From positions 1 through 22,668 of the forward strand of contig CAVQGX010000068.1 in NCBI GenBank assembly GCA_963712115.1: 22,668 nucleotides of DNA. The letters run 5' to 3'. Of the stretch, positions 1-8,285 are shown piece by piece. Each line of letters opens with the position of its first letter. The first letter of the stretch is position 1. This stretch comes from an uncultured delta proteobacterium. GTDB lineage: Bacteria; Desulfobacterota; Syntrophobacteria; BM002. Under the pieces are notes generated by a model. That model was not told the DNA's origin. It did no database searches and worked only from the letters and a program-made list of their open reading frames with translations. The position numbers and the translations under genes were made by a program.

Positions 1-179
1 TCCCTTAATCTACACTTGGCTAGAATTTTATCTGGCACAATATGTTGAGGGTTGTCAAAGCAGGGGCGCTGGAGGAGATGGAGCTTTTGTCTCCAACACG
101 GCGGAGATACATCGTCTTATCACGATGTAATGAAGATAGGTTGAATCCTCAGACCGATTGATCTAAGAAGGCCTTCCAC

Positions 180-2642
180 TCACTGTTGTTCACCCCATCC
201 CACTCTCAAAGCCAAGACCACTGCCAATAAATATGCCATAACCGCCAGAGTCAGGACCAGTCGGAAGCCCAGAGACATTGCCAGCAGTACAGTGAGCGGG
301 GCGGCGGCTACAGAGGCAAAGCCGTTTATGCCCCAGGCCCAGGGAAGCAGTCCTGGTGACCACTTTTTCAGAAGCAGCATGCCGGCCGGAAACGGCCAGC
401 CCATTAGAAAAGCCAGCGGTGCCAGAAGAGAGAGGGTAAAAAGAAATCTACCCGCGGTGTTCCAGGTGGAGACTATACCAAGAAGAGCATGGCTCAGCCA
501 AAGGACCAAAGGGGCAACCAGGGCAATACCGACTCCTGCAACGATGATCGCCTGGAGCGGCGAACGGGTCCATTGCTGGCTGCAAAGGCTGCCGCAGCCT
601 GAGAAAAAGAGAAAGCCGCTCAGCACTGCTGCCGCTGCAAGTAGCGGATCGCCCATAAGTAAGGTAAAGCGTTGCATAAGGCTCATTTCCAGGGCCAGGA
701 AACCAAAGCCAAGGAGGAGGAAGTAAAACAAAGCAAGACTAAAGGGTGTGGTCTTCTGTCGGGCCCAAATAAAAAGTGGCAAAAGGAGCAGGAGTATGGC
801 GGCAGCCACTATCTGCACCAAAGAAATAACCAGTACCACGTAACCCAGTTCGAGACGCTGAAACCATAAATTACCGTAACTCTGAATGAACTTGGGCAGG
901 GAGCGCCAACGAAAGAAGTCAAAGAAATAAGGACGGTCATCGGTGGCAGGTTTTACATTATAGGCCCAATCCTTGAAGAACTCTTCCCTATCTGCCGAGA
1001 AGATTTTGTCTGCTGCGAGCTGAAAGAAGGATGCTTTACTACCTGGAGGGGTCAAAAGCTGATTAAAGGGTTTTCTGCTGCTGGGGTCAAACCCGGCAAG
1101 AGTGTCAATGTCCAACCAGAGCTCGTCGCTGATTTCTACCAACGCTTGAACCTGCGTGGGCTGAAAAGGCTGGCGCGACGCTAGGGTGCAGACTGCCAGA
1201 TGGTTGCGCAATTGGGCGAGGGAGTCCGGTGGCTGACGAATTCCAACTTTTTCCATGGCCTCCGCCAAGGTGGCGAGAATCTTGATATTGTCCCTCGGCG
1301 GAGACTGAAGCCCCCTGGTAATGGTTAGAAGGCCAAGGGGGGTCAGGTGTTCCAGGCAGCGGGCCATGCCTTCAACGGTTAACAGATAGTTTTCGTGGAG
1401 CGAAAGCAGGCCGCTTATCCCGGCGGCCATAGACTCAGCACTGGCCAGCTGAATGATGTCGAAATGTTCATTGGAGTACTCGAGATAATGCCGGGGTGAG
1501 GCTAGGTGAATTTCCAGGTCACTGCCTTTTAAACTCTGCCCGCCAAGGTTTACCAGAGGACCTTTGAAAAGATCAAGTATTTGAGGGTTTTCCAGAACCA
1601 TGGTAATTTGGCTCGCGCCATAGCGCCTGGCCAGCCAAATATTCACACCGCTGGTCTCACCCAAGAGCAAGACCTTGGCGCCAGGGAGAAGCCTATATGC
1701 GACTGACATTGGGGTGTGGTCCAAAATAGCGGCTCCGGTTTGATCTTTAATACGGAAAATGGGGCCGGCAGTGTCGCCGTCCACCAACAAGAGAGCCTGA
1801 GTGGGGGGAAGAGTCGTGGCTGTAAGGCCGGCAAAAAGAGTATAGTGCAGGCGAGGAGAACTAAATACGTCAAGTCTCCCTCTTGGGCTGTGACGAGTGA
1901 CCAGATGTTGCGCGTCGCCCTGCTGCTCCCAGCGTTGAAGCTCTGCCAGCATCTTATGCGGGTCTATTCGCATGGGCATTGATAAGGTAGTGAGATCGAG
2001 AACTAGGAATAGACCGACAAGCAAAGGGATGACTACTTGTCGCCATAGGTTTTTGTCTTCTGCCTCCGTCCTCCAGAGGAAGACCGAGGCCCAGATCAGA
2101 AGTCCAGCCGCCTGAATGATTCGTGCCGGTGGCAACCACATCATTAACCCTAAGGCGATGACAGGTCCTACACCGCTGCCTAGTAGGTTGGCCCCGTAGA
2201 CCAGGTGAATCGAGGAAGAAAAACGAATAAGGGCCAGACCTATGAGGACACCGGCAAAGAGGAAGGGCAGAAAAATCAGGGCCTGGTAACAAAGGAGATA
2301 GAAAAGTTGCTCTCCACTGAACATGACGTACTGCATGTTGAGAGGAAGGACTTCGGCCAGACGGAAACAGAGGGTAACACTGCTAGCCAGTCCAAGAGTA
2401 AGGCCACGGCACCACGGAAGAAAACGGGGGAGCAGACGAGAGGAGAATAGACCCAACCAGGTTCCGCTGGCTCCAAAACCGAGAAGAGCCAAGCCCACCA
2501 CAAGGTAAGCAAAGTGATGCCAGCGGGAGATGGCAAGGGTTCTCATAAGGGCCACTTGCAGGCCCAACACCGAAGCAGAAATGACCGCCACAGCTAGCAG
2601 TTCCCGCATTTTTGGCTTGTCAGTCGACGAAAAGTGACTCAT
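180..2642 (-). CDS. Large polytopic membrane protein with central spermidine-synthase/class I SAM-methyltransferase-like domain
   Basis: 820-aa ORF with hydrophobic helix bundles at both ends flanking a soluble domain. The domain has segments typical of fused membrane/spermidine-synthase-like proteins: SPRGRLDV, KVLLLGETSG, FDIIQL, ENYLLTVEG..LEHLTPLGLL, PATDDRPYFF and WAWGINGFASV. RBS-like AAGGGAG precedes the ATG. Confidence 0.75.
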   Translation of the reverse strand: MSHFSSTDKPKMRELLAVAVISASVLGLQVALMRTLAISRWHHFAYLVVGLALLGFGASGTWLGLFSSRLLPRFLPWCRGLTLGLASSVTLCFRLAEVLPLNMQYVMFSGEQLFYLLCYQALIFLPFLFAGVLIGLALIRFSSSIHLVYGANLLGSGVGPVIALGLMMWLPPARIIQAAGLLIWASVFLWRTEAEDKNLWRQVVIPLLVGLFLVLDLTTLSMPMRIDPHKMLAELQRWEQQGDAQHLVTRHSPRGRLDVFSSPRLHYTLFAGLTATTLPPTQALLLVDGDTAGPIFRIKDQTGAAILDHTPMSVAYRLLPGAKVLLLGETSGVNIWLARRYGASQITMVLENPQILDLFKGPLVNLGGQSLKGSDLEIHLASPRHYLEYSNEHFDIIQLASAESMAAGISGLLSLHENYLLTVEGMARCLEHLTPLGLLTITRGLQSPPRDNIKILATLAEAMEKVGIRQPPDSLAQLRNHLAVCTLASRQPFQPTQVQALVEISDELWLDIDTLAGFDPSSRKPFNQLLTPPGSKASFFQLAADKIFSADREEFFKDWAYNVKPATDDRPYFFDFFRWRSLPKFIQSYGNLWFQRLELGYVVLVISLVQIVAAAILLLLLPLFIWARQKTTPFSLALFYFLLLGFGFLALEMSLMQRFTLLMGDPLLAAAAVLSGFLFFSGCGSLCSQQWTRSPLQAIIVAGVGIALVAPLVLWLSHALLGIVSTWNTAGRFLFTLSLLAPLAFLMGWPFPAGMLLLKKWSPGLLPWAWGINGFASVAAAPLTVLLAMSLGFRLVLTLAVMAYLLAVVLALRVGWGEQQ

Positions 2643-2696
2643 GGAGCTCCCTTATCTGGGAGAAAGAATATCCACGAAGGGCCCAAAGGATTCAGT

Positions 2697-2817
2697 GATG
2701 TGGGATGTGTGATATGGGATATGGGATGTGAGAAGAGACAAGAGTGTATTTCCGCACATCTCAAATCTCACATCGCACATCTGTTATCTCTCTGTGATCT
2801 CTGCGTACTCTGTGGTT
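2697..2817. repeat. Degenerate 7-mer tandem tracts in inverted arrangement plus a 9-mer tract
   Basis: Left arm GATGTGG-GATGTGT-GATATGG-GATATGG-GATGTGA (2697-2731) is complementary to right arm CGCACAT-CTCAAAT-CTCACAT-CGCACAT (2753-2780). A 9-mer tract CTCTGTGAT-CTCTGCGTA-CTCTGTGGT follows. Confidence 0.8.
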
Positions 2818-2830
2818 AATCCCCCGGCCG

Positions 2831-3643
2831 TCATCGCTGTTCCCGAATGGCGCCGGTCATTGGGACGAAGCGGACCGGAAGTAGTTCGTTGGTGAGAACT
2901 CTTCCCTCCTTGTCTTTGGTCACCACCATCAGCCGCTGGACCTCATAGACACCTCCAACTGGGATCACCATGCGGCCTCCTTGTCGAAGTTGGGCAATCA
3001 AAGGGGGCGGAATGTGTCCGGCAGCACAGGTAACAATGATCCCATCGAAAGGACCCTCTTCAGGCCAGCCGAAATAGCCGTCACCTATTCTCACCTTTAC
3101 CGTCTGGTAGCCCAGCTCTTGCAGCCTTTCTCTGGCTTCGTTAGCCAAAGGGGTGATGATTTCCATGGTTAAAACCTGGGGGGTAATCTCAGAGAGCACT
3201 GCCGCCTGGTAGCCACTACCCGTACCTATCTCTAACACCTTCGAATTTGGTTTCAGTTGGAGAGCTTCGGTCATAAGGGCGACAATGTAAGGCTGAGAGA
3301 TGGTCTGGCCGTGGCCTATGGGAAGAGGGTGATCCTCATGGGCCATAAGCTTTAATGACCAGGGGACGAAGAGGTGACGGGGCACCTGGCGCATGGCCTC
3401 CAAGACCTCGCTGTCACGGATTGAGGGGCTCCGCTGAACCATCTGGGTCTGGACCATGTGGGCCCGTTCTTCCCCAAACTCTGAAAAGCGAGGCCGTGTC
3501 CAGCTATTCTCGGCAGACCCTGAAGATTGAATTTTTTCATCGGCTTGACTGAACGCACGGGTCCGTGGTGAACAAATCAAGAGGAAGAAGCCCCCTAGGA
3601 TCACAGTGACTGTGGTGAACCGGATCAACTTACTCAGCTTCAT
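2831..3643 (-). CDS. pcm: Protein-L-isoaspartate(D-aspartate) O-methyltransferase with N-terminal signal/transmembrane extension
   Basis: PIMT motifs VPRHLFVP, PLPIGHGQTISQPYIVALMT, VLEIGTGSGYQAAVL, GDGYFGWPEEGPFDGIIVT, GGRMVIPVG and VRFVPMTG. About 55 extra N-terminal residues start with basic residues followed by a hydrophobic stretch. Confidence 0.95.
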   Translation of the reverse strand: MKLSKLIRFTTVTVILGGFFLLICSPRTRAFSQADEKIQSSGSAENSWTRPRFSEFGEERAHMVQTQMVQRSPSIRDSEVLEAMRQVPRHLFVPWSLKLMAHEDHPLPIGHGQTISQPYIVALMTEALQLKPNSKVLEIGTGSGYQAAVLSEITPQVLTMEIITPLANEARERLQELGYQTVKVRIGDGYFGWPEEGPFDGIIVTCAAGHIPPPLIAQLRQGGRMVIPVGGVYEVQRLMVVTKDKEGRVLTNELLPVRFVPMTGAIREQR

Positions 3644-3698
3644 GGTACTAAAGTGGTTGTGGCAGGTTATTAAAGGTTATTTTCTCTTTGTATAAGGC

Positions 3699-3728
3699 AA
3701 GATAACAGAGGCTCTTCAAGCGGGTCAA
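3699..3728 (-). promoter_or_regulatory. Putative sigma70 promoter for pcm
   Basis: Minus strand reads TTGACC-N18-TATCTT with a TGn extended -10 motif. Confidence 0.45.
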
Positions 3729-3745
3729 GGAGATGTAGTTGGGGT

Positions 3746-3842
3746 GATGGCGTAATGGAGTAATGGAGTAATGAAAAATCAGAGAGTTGATAGACTTAAA
3801 AATTATCCCAATACTCCAACACTCCAGTACTCCAATACTCCA
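3746..3842. repeat. Inverted 8-mer tandem tracts
   Basis: (TAATGGAG)-type units at 3746-3773 and complementary (ATACTCCA)-type units at 3808-3842. Confidence 0.8.
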
Positions 3843-3860
3843 GACAAATAGCTCTGAGAT

Positions 3861-3889
3861 TTGACTGATGCTCAGCGAGTGGTTAACTT
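3861..3889 (+). promoter_or_regulatory. Putative sigma70 promoter for the small Cys-rich ORF
   Basis: TTGACT (3861-3866)-N17-TAACTT (3884-3889), about 30 nt upstream of the ATG. Confidence 0.55.
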
Positions 3890-3921
3890 AACTACTAATA
3901 AAGACTGAGGAGGTGAAGCGC

Positions 3922-4056
3922 ATGGAAAGCGATTTTACTCGTTCTCCTTTGGCCCACGAGGAGGATTGTGACTGTTGTTGCGGCTGTGATAGCTTTGCTG
4001 AAAAAGAAGACTATCCCAAGGATGAGGAGGGAAATCCCATTTACCGGCCATTTTGA
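3922..4056 (+). CDS. Small acidic Cys-rich protein, 44 aa (MESDFTRSPLAHEEDCDCCCGCDSFAEKEDYPKDEEGNPIYRPF)
   Basis: Translated by hand; it is shorter than anything in the ORF track. A strong Shine-Dalgarno AGGAGGTGA lies 5 nt before the ATG, with a promoter upstream and an intrinsic terminator 22 nt after the TGA. Confidence 0.75.
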   Translation: MESDFTRSPLAHEEDCDCCCGCDSFAEKEDYPKDEEGNPIYRPF

Positions 4057-4078
4057 ACGAGAATATACCTGACAACGC

Positions 4079-4106
4079 AAAAGGCCCGCTTAGGCGGGCC
4101 TTTTTT
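4079..4106. terminator. Bidirectional rho-independent terminator
   Basis: AAAAGGCCCGC-TTAG-GCGGGCCTTTTTT: a perfect GC stem with T6 on the + strand and T4 on the - strand. Confidence 0.9.
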
Positions 4107-4122
4107 CCTCACTTCTCACCCC

Positions 4123-4198
4123 AAAAAGCAGCGGACCCGAGTAACCCCTGCTACCGCATGATGACTATCACAGCAGCGTGCGAGCTTCTCGGGTCCAC
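4123..4198 (-). ncRNA. Candidate small rod-like hairpin RNA of unknown family
   Basis: Minus strand reads GUGGACCCGAG-AAGCUCGCACGCUGCUGUGAUAGUCAUCAUGCGGUAGCAGGGGUUA-CUCGGGUCCGC-UGC-UUUUU. It has an 11-bp closing stem and G-U-rich inner helices that favour this strand. A promoter sits exactly upstream and a U5 tract ends it. Confidence 0.5.
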
Positions 4199-4204
4199 TT
4201 CTTT

Positions 4205-4234
4205 AGACTAATGCATATGAGCTGTCTGAGTCAA
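4205..4234 (-). promoter_or_regulatory. Putative sigma70 promoter for the candidate ncRNA
   Basis: Minus strand reads TTGACT-N18-TAGTCT. The predicted start (~4198-4199) coincides with the first base of the hairpin. Confidence 0.5.
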
Positions 4235-4272
4235 GGAGAAAGTCTGCCTTGGCTCGAGCCTTGAAACCTGGC

Positions 4273-6123
4273 CTAAAATACTGTTCTTGCCAATTCCCAC
4301 ACTTTGGGCGATCGCCACAATCTGGATTTAAACAGTTCCCGGTGATGAATAAATTCTTTGGGCAATCGATCGAAAAACTTGTCAAAAAGCTCTTCATGTG
4401 ATCTGGCCTCAATCACTGATTGCTCACGATCAACAGCCATGATTTCATAGAATATCTCTGGATTGTAATCCAACCCTTCCCAATGGATGTCTTCATGACG
4501 TGGCATATAGCCCAGGGGACTCTCTACCCCACGAGCACGACCATGAACCCGGTCCACAATCCACTTGAGAACCCGCATGTTCTCGCCAAACCCGGGCCAG
4601 AGAAATTTACCTTTTTCATCCTTCCGAAACCAATTGACTCGAAAAATCCGAGGGTGGTTGGACAGAAGTCGACCCATGTTCAGCCAGTGATTCCAGTAGG
4701 CTGCCATGTTGTAGCCACAAAACGGCAACATCGCCATGGGATCTCTCCTCATGGGTGGGAGAGCATCTTCAGCCGCTGCGGTTGCCTCGGATCCCATGGT
4801 AGCGGCCAGATAAACTCCATGTGCCCAATTAAAGGCTTGAAAGACGAGAGGAACATTTCTGCTCATTCGTCCACCGAAGATGAATGCACCAACCGGTACT
4901 CCGTCTGGGTCATCCCAGGCGGGATCGAAACTTGGGCACTGGGCAATTGGCGCTGTGAACCTGGCATTTGGATGAGCCGCCGGCCTGCCGCTATCCGGAG
5001 TCCAATCCTGTCCCGTCCAGTCAATCAGGTGGGCCGGAACCTCATCAGTCATGCCCTCCCACCACACATCACCTTCATCTGTGAGGGCCACGTTAGTGAA
5101 AATGCAATTTTCGGTCAGGGTCAACATGGCATTGGGGTTGGAGTTCATCGAAGTACCTGGGGCCACGCCAAAAAATCCGGCCTCAGGGTTGATGGCCCGC
5201 AAGGTCCCATCTGGCCCGGGTTTAATCCAGGCGATGTCGTCACCAACGGTGGTAATCTTCCAGCCTTCGAATCCTTTCGGTGGAACCAGCATGGCGAAGT
5301 TAGTTTTGCCGCAGGCGCTGGGGAAAGCCCCGGTCACATAGGTTTTTTCCCCCTCGGGGCTTTCCACTCCCACAATCAACATGTGTTCAGCCAACCATCC
5401 TTCATCTCTGGCCATGACAGAAGCAATTCTGAGAGCGAAACATTTCTTGCCTAAAAGAGCATTGCCACCATAACCGCTACCAAAGGAGTAAATGGACCGC
5501 TCTTCAGGAAAGTGGCTGATGTAGGTGTTTTCCGGATTACATGGCCAGGGCACATCCTTTTGACCCGGTTCCAGAGGAGCGCCCACAGAATGCAGGCAGC
5601 GGACAAAGGCTCCTCGGTCTCCGAGAACCTTAAGCGCAGCATTTCCCATTCGCGTCATAATGCGCATATTAACCACCACGTAAGGGGAATCGGTGATCTC
5701 CACGCCGATATGGGCAATTGGTGAGCCCAGAGGCCCCATGCTAAAGGGAATGACATACATGGTGCGCCCGCGCATGCAGCCGTCAAAAAGAGAATGCAAT
5801 TTTTCCTTCATTTCAGTTGGAGGCATCCAGTTATTCGTGGGGCCCGCGTCAGACTTATTGGTGGGGCATACGAAGGTGCGACTTTCCATTCTGGCCACAT
5901 CTTTCGGGTCCGAACGGCAGAGAAAACTGTTGGGACGCTTTTCTTCATTGAGGCGAATAAACGTTCCGCTTTCAACCATTTGGTTACATAGCTCGTCGTA
6001 TTCCTCCTGGGAACCGTCACAGATATAAACCTGATCCGGTTTACAAAGAGAAGCGATTGTTTGAATCCAGTTGAGGAGGTTCTCGTTGTAGGTTTTTGCC
6101 CCGTCGACTTGTATGTCGTTCAT
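4273..6123 (-). CDS. pckG: Phosphoenolpyruvate carboxykinase (GTP)
   Basis: 616 aa with the signature FPSACGKTN plus [52 protein letters not shown] and VNWFRKD. GGAGG RBS. Confidence 0.97.
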   Translation of the reverse strand: MNDIQVDGAKTYNENLLNWIQTIASLCKPDQVYICDGSQEEYDELCNQMVESGTFIRLNEEKRPNSFLCRSDPKDVARMESRTFVCPTNKSDAGPTNNWMPPTEMKEKLHSLFDGCMRGRTMYVIPFSMGPLGSPIAHIGVEITDSPYVVVNMRIMTRMGNAALKVLGDRGAFVRCLHSVGAPLEPGQKDVPWPCNPENTYISHFPEERSIYSFGSGYGGNALLGKKCFALRIASVMARDEGWLAEHMLIVGVESPEGEKTYVTGAFPSACGKTNFAMLVPPKGFEGWKITTVGDDIAWIKPGPDGTLRAINPEAGFFGVAPGTSMNSNPNAMLTLTENCIFTNVALTDEGDVWWEGMTDEVPAHLIDWTGQDWTPDSGRPAAHPNARFTAPIAQCPSFDPAWDDPDGVPVGAFIFGGRMSRNVPLVFQAFNWAHGVYLAATMGSEATAAAEDALPPMRRDPMAMLPFCGYNMAAYWNHWLNMGRLLSNHPRIFRVNWFRKDEKGKFLWPGFGENMRVLKWIVDRVHGRARGVESPLGYMPRHEDIHWEGLDYNPEIFYEIMAVDREQSVIEARSHEELFDKFFDRLPKEFIHHRELFKSRLWRSPKVWELARTVF

Positions 6124-6258
6124 GTTATTCCTCCAATACCAAAGTCTCCTGATAATAACCGAGTCGTTAATAATAATTCACTTTGGCTTTAAAGGCCATG
6201 GCGATTTGCTAATGAGCTTTTTCTCTAGAAAAAAATTATTATTTGTGGGAGGCTCTTG

Positions 6259-6335
6259 GGCAGCAGGCAGCAGGCAGCAGGCAGCAGGCAGCAGGCAGCA
6301 GGCAGCAGGCAGCAGGCAGCAGGCAGCAGGCAGCA
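6259..6335 (+). repeat. Perfect heptamer microsatellite (GGCAGCA)x11
   Basis: 77 bp, counted directly as 11 identical units. Confidence 0.95.
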
Positions 6336-6344
6336 TGGCATCCA

Positions 6345-6645
6345 TGTGAGACGGCGAAACGGCGAGAGGGGGACTAGGGGTCAGATGTCAGAAGTCAGAC
6401 GACAGAGGACAGATGGTTCAAAGTACTGAATACCCGCCCGCCTCGCCTGAGCGGCTCGCGATGGCGGGCAGGTCGAACAGCAGAACAAGGAACCGCAGAA
6501 TGATGAAGTGATCACTTCGATATTCGAAGTTCCTTGTTCGACATTCTGCGGTTCAAAGAGGGGGTAGCTCAGATGAAGTCAATTTTGATTGCTTTGCTTC
6601 TGGATTCTGACTCATGGCTCCTTACTCTATGCCCCATGCCCAGTG
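6345..6645. repeat. Mosaic of degenerate short-period tracts, including an inverted pair
   Basis: GAGACGGCG-type units, GTCAGA(T/A)-type heptamers, inverted arms GAACCGCAGAATG (6490-6502) / CATTCTGCGGTTC (6542-6554) and GAACAAGGAAC / GTTCCTTGTTC, and CTATGCC-type heptamers. Confidence 0.7.
6433..6472 (+). repeat. REP/MITE-like GC-rich palindromic element, copy 1
   Basis: CCCGCCCGCCTCGCCTGAGCGGCTCGCGATGGCGGGCAGG with imperfect terminal inverted repeats. Homologous to 15483-15523 and 19891-19969. Confidence 0.85.
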
Positions 6646-6698
6646 CTGAGTCGCGACTCTATTCTAACTAAAATCAACACCAAGTGGAGGATAGGGAG

Positions 6699-7271
6699 GT
6701 GGAGCTATACAAATCCATAAGAGAGAGGAGAAGTATCCGCAAGTTCAAAAAGAGTCCAGTGGCGAAAGATCTCCTGGAGAAGATCTTTGATATTGCCCTG
6801 TGGGCGCCTTCGGGGATGAACAGGCAGAACTGGAAATTCTTCGTTTTGGCGGGGGAGCGTAAAGAAGAGCTCGTATCCATTGCTGCCGTCAGTTTCGAAT
6901 ACCTGGAGCCACAGCTTCAGGAGCGTTTTGCTGACAAACCAAAAATCGTCGAGGCCACCCGCAGGTTCTTCAAGCGGTTGGGTGGAGCACCGGTGGTGGT
7001 CTGCGCCTACTTTGAACCGGCCAATATGGAGGATGTGACCAGTTTTCAGAATGTGGCTGCTGCCATCCAGAATTTGCTATTGGTGGCCAATGCAGAAGGA
7101 TTGGGAAGTTGCTGGATGACGGGCCCGGTAACGGTGAGCGAGGAAATCAGCCGCTTCCTGGGCGTGAAGAATATGACCCTGGTGGCGGTAATACCCATGG
7201 GATATCCGGACGAAACCCCAAAGATACCACCCCGCCGAACGGATCGGGTGGTCTACCAGGGCTTCGAGTAG
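6699..7271 (+). CDS. Nitroreductase family protein
   Basis: Motifs IRERRSIRKF, ALWAPSGMNRQNWKF, AAAIQNLLLVANAEGLGSCW and IPMGYP. I moved the start from 6684 to the GTG at 6699 because GGAGG lies 8 nt upstream of it. Confidence 0.92.
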   Translation: MELYKSIRERRSIRKFKKSPVAKDLLEKIFDIALWAPSGMNRQNWKFFVLAGERKEELVSIAAVSFEYLEPQLQERFADKPKIVEATRRFFKRLGGAPVVVCAYFEPANMEDVTSFQNVAAAIQNLLLVANAEGLGSCWMTGPVTVSEEISRFLGVKNMTLVAVIPMGYPDETPKIPPRRTDRVVYQGFE

Positions 7272-7297
7272 GCGGAAAGGCATCCTTATTTGCCATC

Positions 7298-7741
7298 CTA
7301 CTCTACCTGCTGTGCCTCCAAGAAAAGACCTTTGGAGAGAGCAGCAAAGAATTGTTGGTAAGGTTCAGGATCTTCTACTGTTTGCAGATTATACTGTGCA
7401 TTGCAACGTACAATCATTTGCAGGTCTCCCCTGGGCCTGACAGATACAGTTACCCGCAACACGTACCTTTTGAGTTTTGTAGCGGTCACAGTTCCGAGAG
7501 TCTCCTCGGCATCGTCAATGACGAACCCCAAATCCTGCAAGGTAGCTATGATGGTGCGCAGGAGAAACTGGCGATCATTAGTATCGTATACCCGGCTCTG
7601 TATGCTCCGGAGTTTTACCTGAGATTCCTGCGCCTGAAGAATGTCTTTTTGTTTCGCTGCACAAGAACAAATGCTCATCGCAACAATTAGACTGGATATG
7701 ACAGCCACGTATCTAATCATAGCCATACCCCTATATTTCAT
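7298..7741 (-). CDS. Hypothetical lipoprotein, paralogue of the adjacent 7731-8267 gene
   Basis: Hydrophobic N-terminus ending in SICSC (lipobox-like). It shares LRxxQxRx(Y/F)xTND, LQDxG(F/Y)xI and DPxxYQxFFAxLSKxxFLxA with its neighbour. The true start may be the ATG at 7720. Confidence 0.75.
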   Translation of the reverse strand: MKYRGMAMIRYVAVISSLIVAMSICSCAAKQKDILQAQESQVKLRSIQSRVYDTNDRQFLLRTIIATLQDLGFVIDDAEETLGTVTATKLKRYVLRVTVSVRPRGDLQMIVRCNAQYNLQTVEDPEPYQQFFAALSKGLFLEAQQVE

Positions 7742-8267
7742 GTGCTGTCAGAAAGATAGACTTGGAAAGTTTAGCGAAAAACTCCTGATAGATTTGAGGA
7801 TCGTTAAGTTGCTCGCATTTCGACACCTGATTATGATTGTTCCAGACGACGTGCTGGAAAGTGACACGAACGGCGATCCTTTGGTCGTCGATGGGCTTTG
7901 TCGCTAATGATGCTTCCACTCTTTGTCTCTTATCCCAGGGGACCGGAGCGCCAAGGCACACTCCCAATACAATCGAGCCAGCAACCTGACCAGGGTTTGT
8001 GACATCCCTGTCCCGTGAACTCACTATGACGCCGCATGAAATTTCACTCTCTTCGATGGTGTAGCCCGAATCTTGGAGTACTGCCGCAGACGCGGTAAGT
8101 AACATCTTTTCATCATTTGTCTCAAATATCCGCGTTTGCAACTGTCTGTCTCTGAGAGAGTCGGGTGATAACGCCATCGCATCTCTCGGAATCTTGTGTA
8201 CGCAAGCTACAAGAAAGAAGATTAACAAGGCCATAATGAGGCCAGTTGCAGCTGCCTTACGTGACAT
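7731..8267 (-). CDS. Hypothetical lipoprotein
   Basis: Signal peptide MSRKAAATGLIMALLIFFLVAC with a canonical LVAC lipobox. GAAGGA RBS. Paralogous to the downstream gene. Confidence 0.8.
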   Translation of the reverse strand: MSRKAAATGLIMALLIFFLVACVHKIPRDAMALSPDSLRDRQLQTRIFETNDEKMLLTASAAVLQDSGYTIEESEISCGVIVSSRDRDVTNPGQVAGSIVLGVCLGAPVPWDKRQRVEASLATKPIDDQRIAVRVTFQHVVWNNHNQVSKCEQLNDPQIYQEFFAKLSKSIFLTAHEI

Positions 8268-8285
8268 GGTCCTTCATGTCCTTTG

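Noticed and set aside
32-48. Possible sigma54 site TGGCACA near the window start
   Set aside because: No TTGC-like -12 element at the required spacing, and it faces the 3' end of a convergent gene.
3895-4080. 61-aa minus-strand ORF in the ORF track
   Set aside because: It has a TTG start inside the terminator and no RBS. It is the antisense shadow of the + strand 44-aa ORF, which has a promoter, SD and terminator.
4123-4198. SRP RNA, 6S RNA or tRNA identity for the hairpin
   Set aside because: No SRP helix-8 GNRA loop or CAGG/AGCAG internal loop, too short for 6S, and no cloverleaf, T-loop or CCA.
4420-5454. 344-aa plus-strand ORF
   Set aside because: It is entirely antisense to the well-conserved pckG and has no recognisable motifs; a typical shadow ORF.
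6113-6349. 78-aa ORF with AAGSRQQ repeats
   Set aside because: It is simply the translation of the (GGCAGCA)11 microsatellite and overlaps the pckG start region.
6259-6645. CRISPR array
   Set aside because: The repeats are 7-9-bp tandem units without unique spacers of regular length, and no cas genes are present.
7109-7690. 193-aa plus-strand ORF
   Set aside because: It overlaps the nitroreductase out of frame and is antisense to the lipoprotein gene, with no independent evidence.
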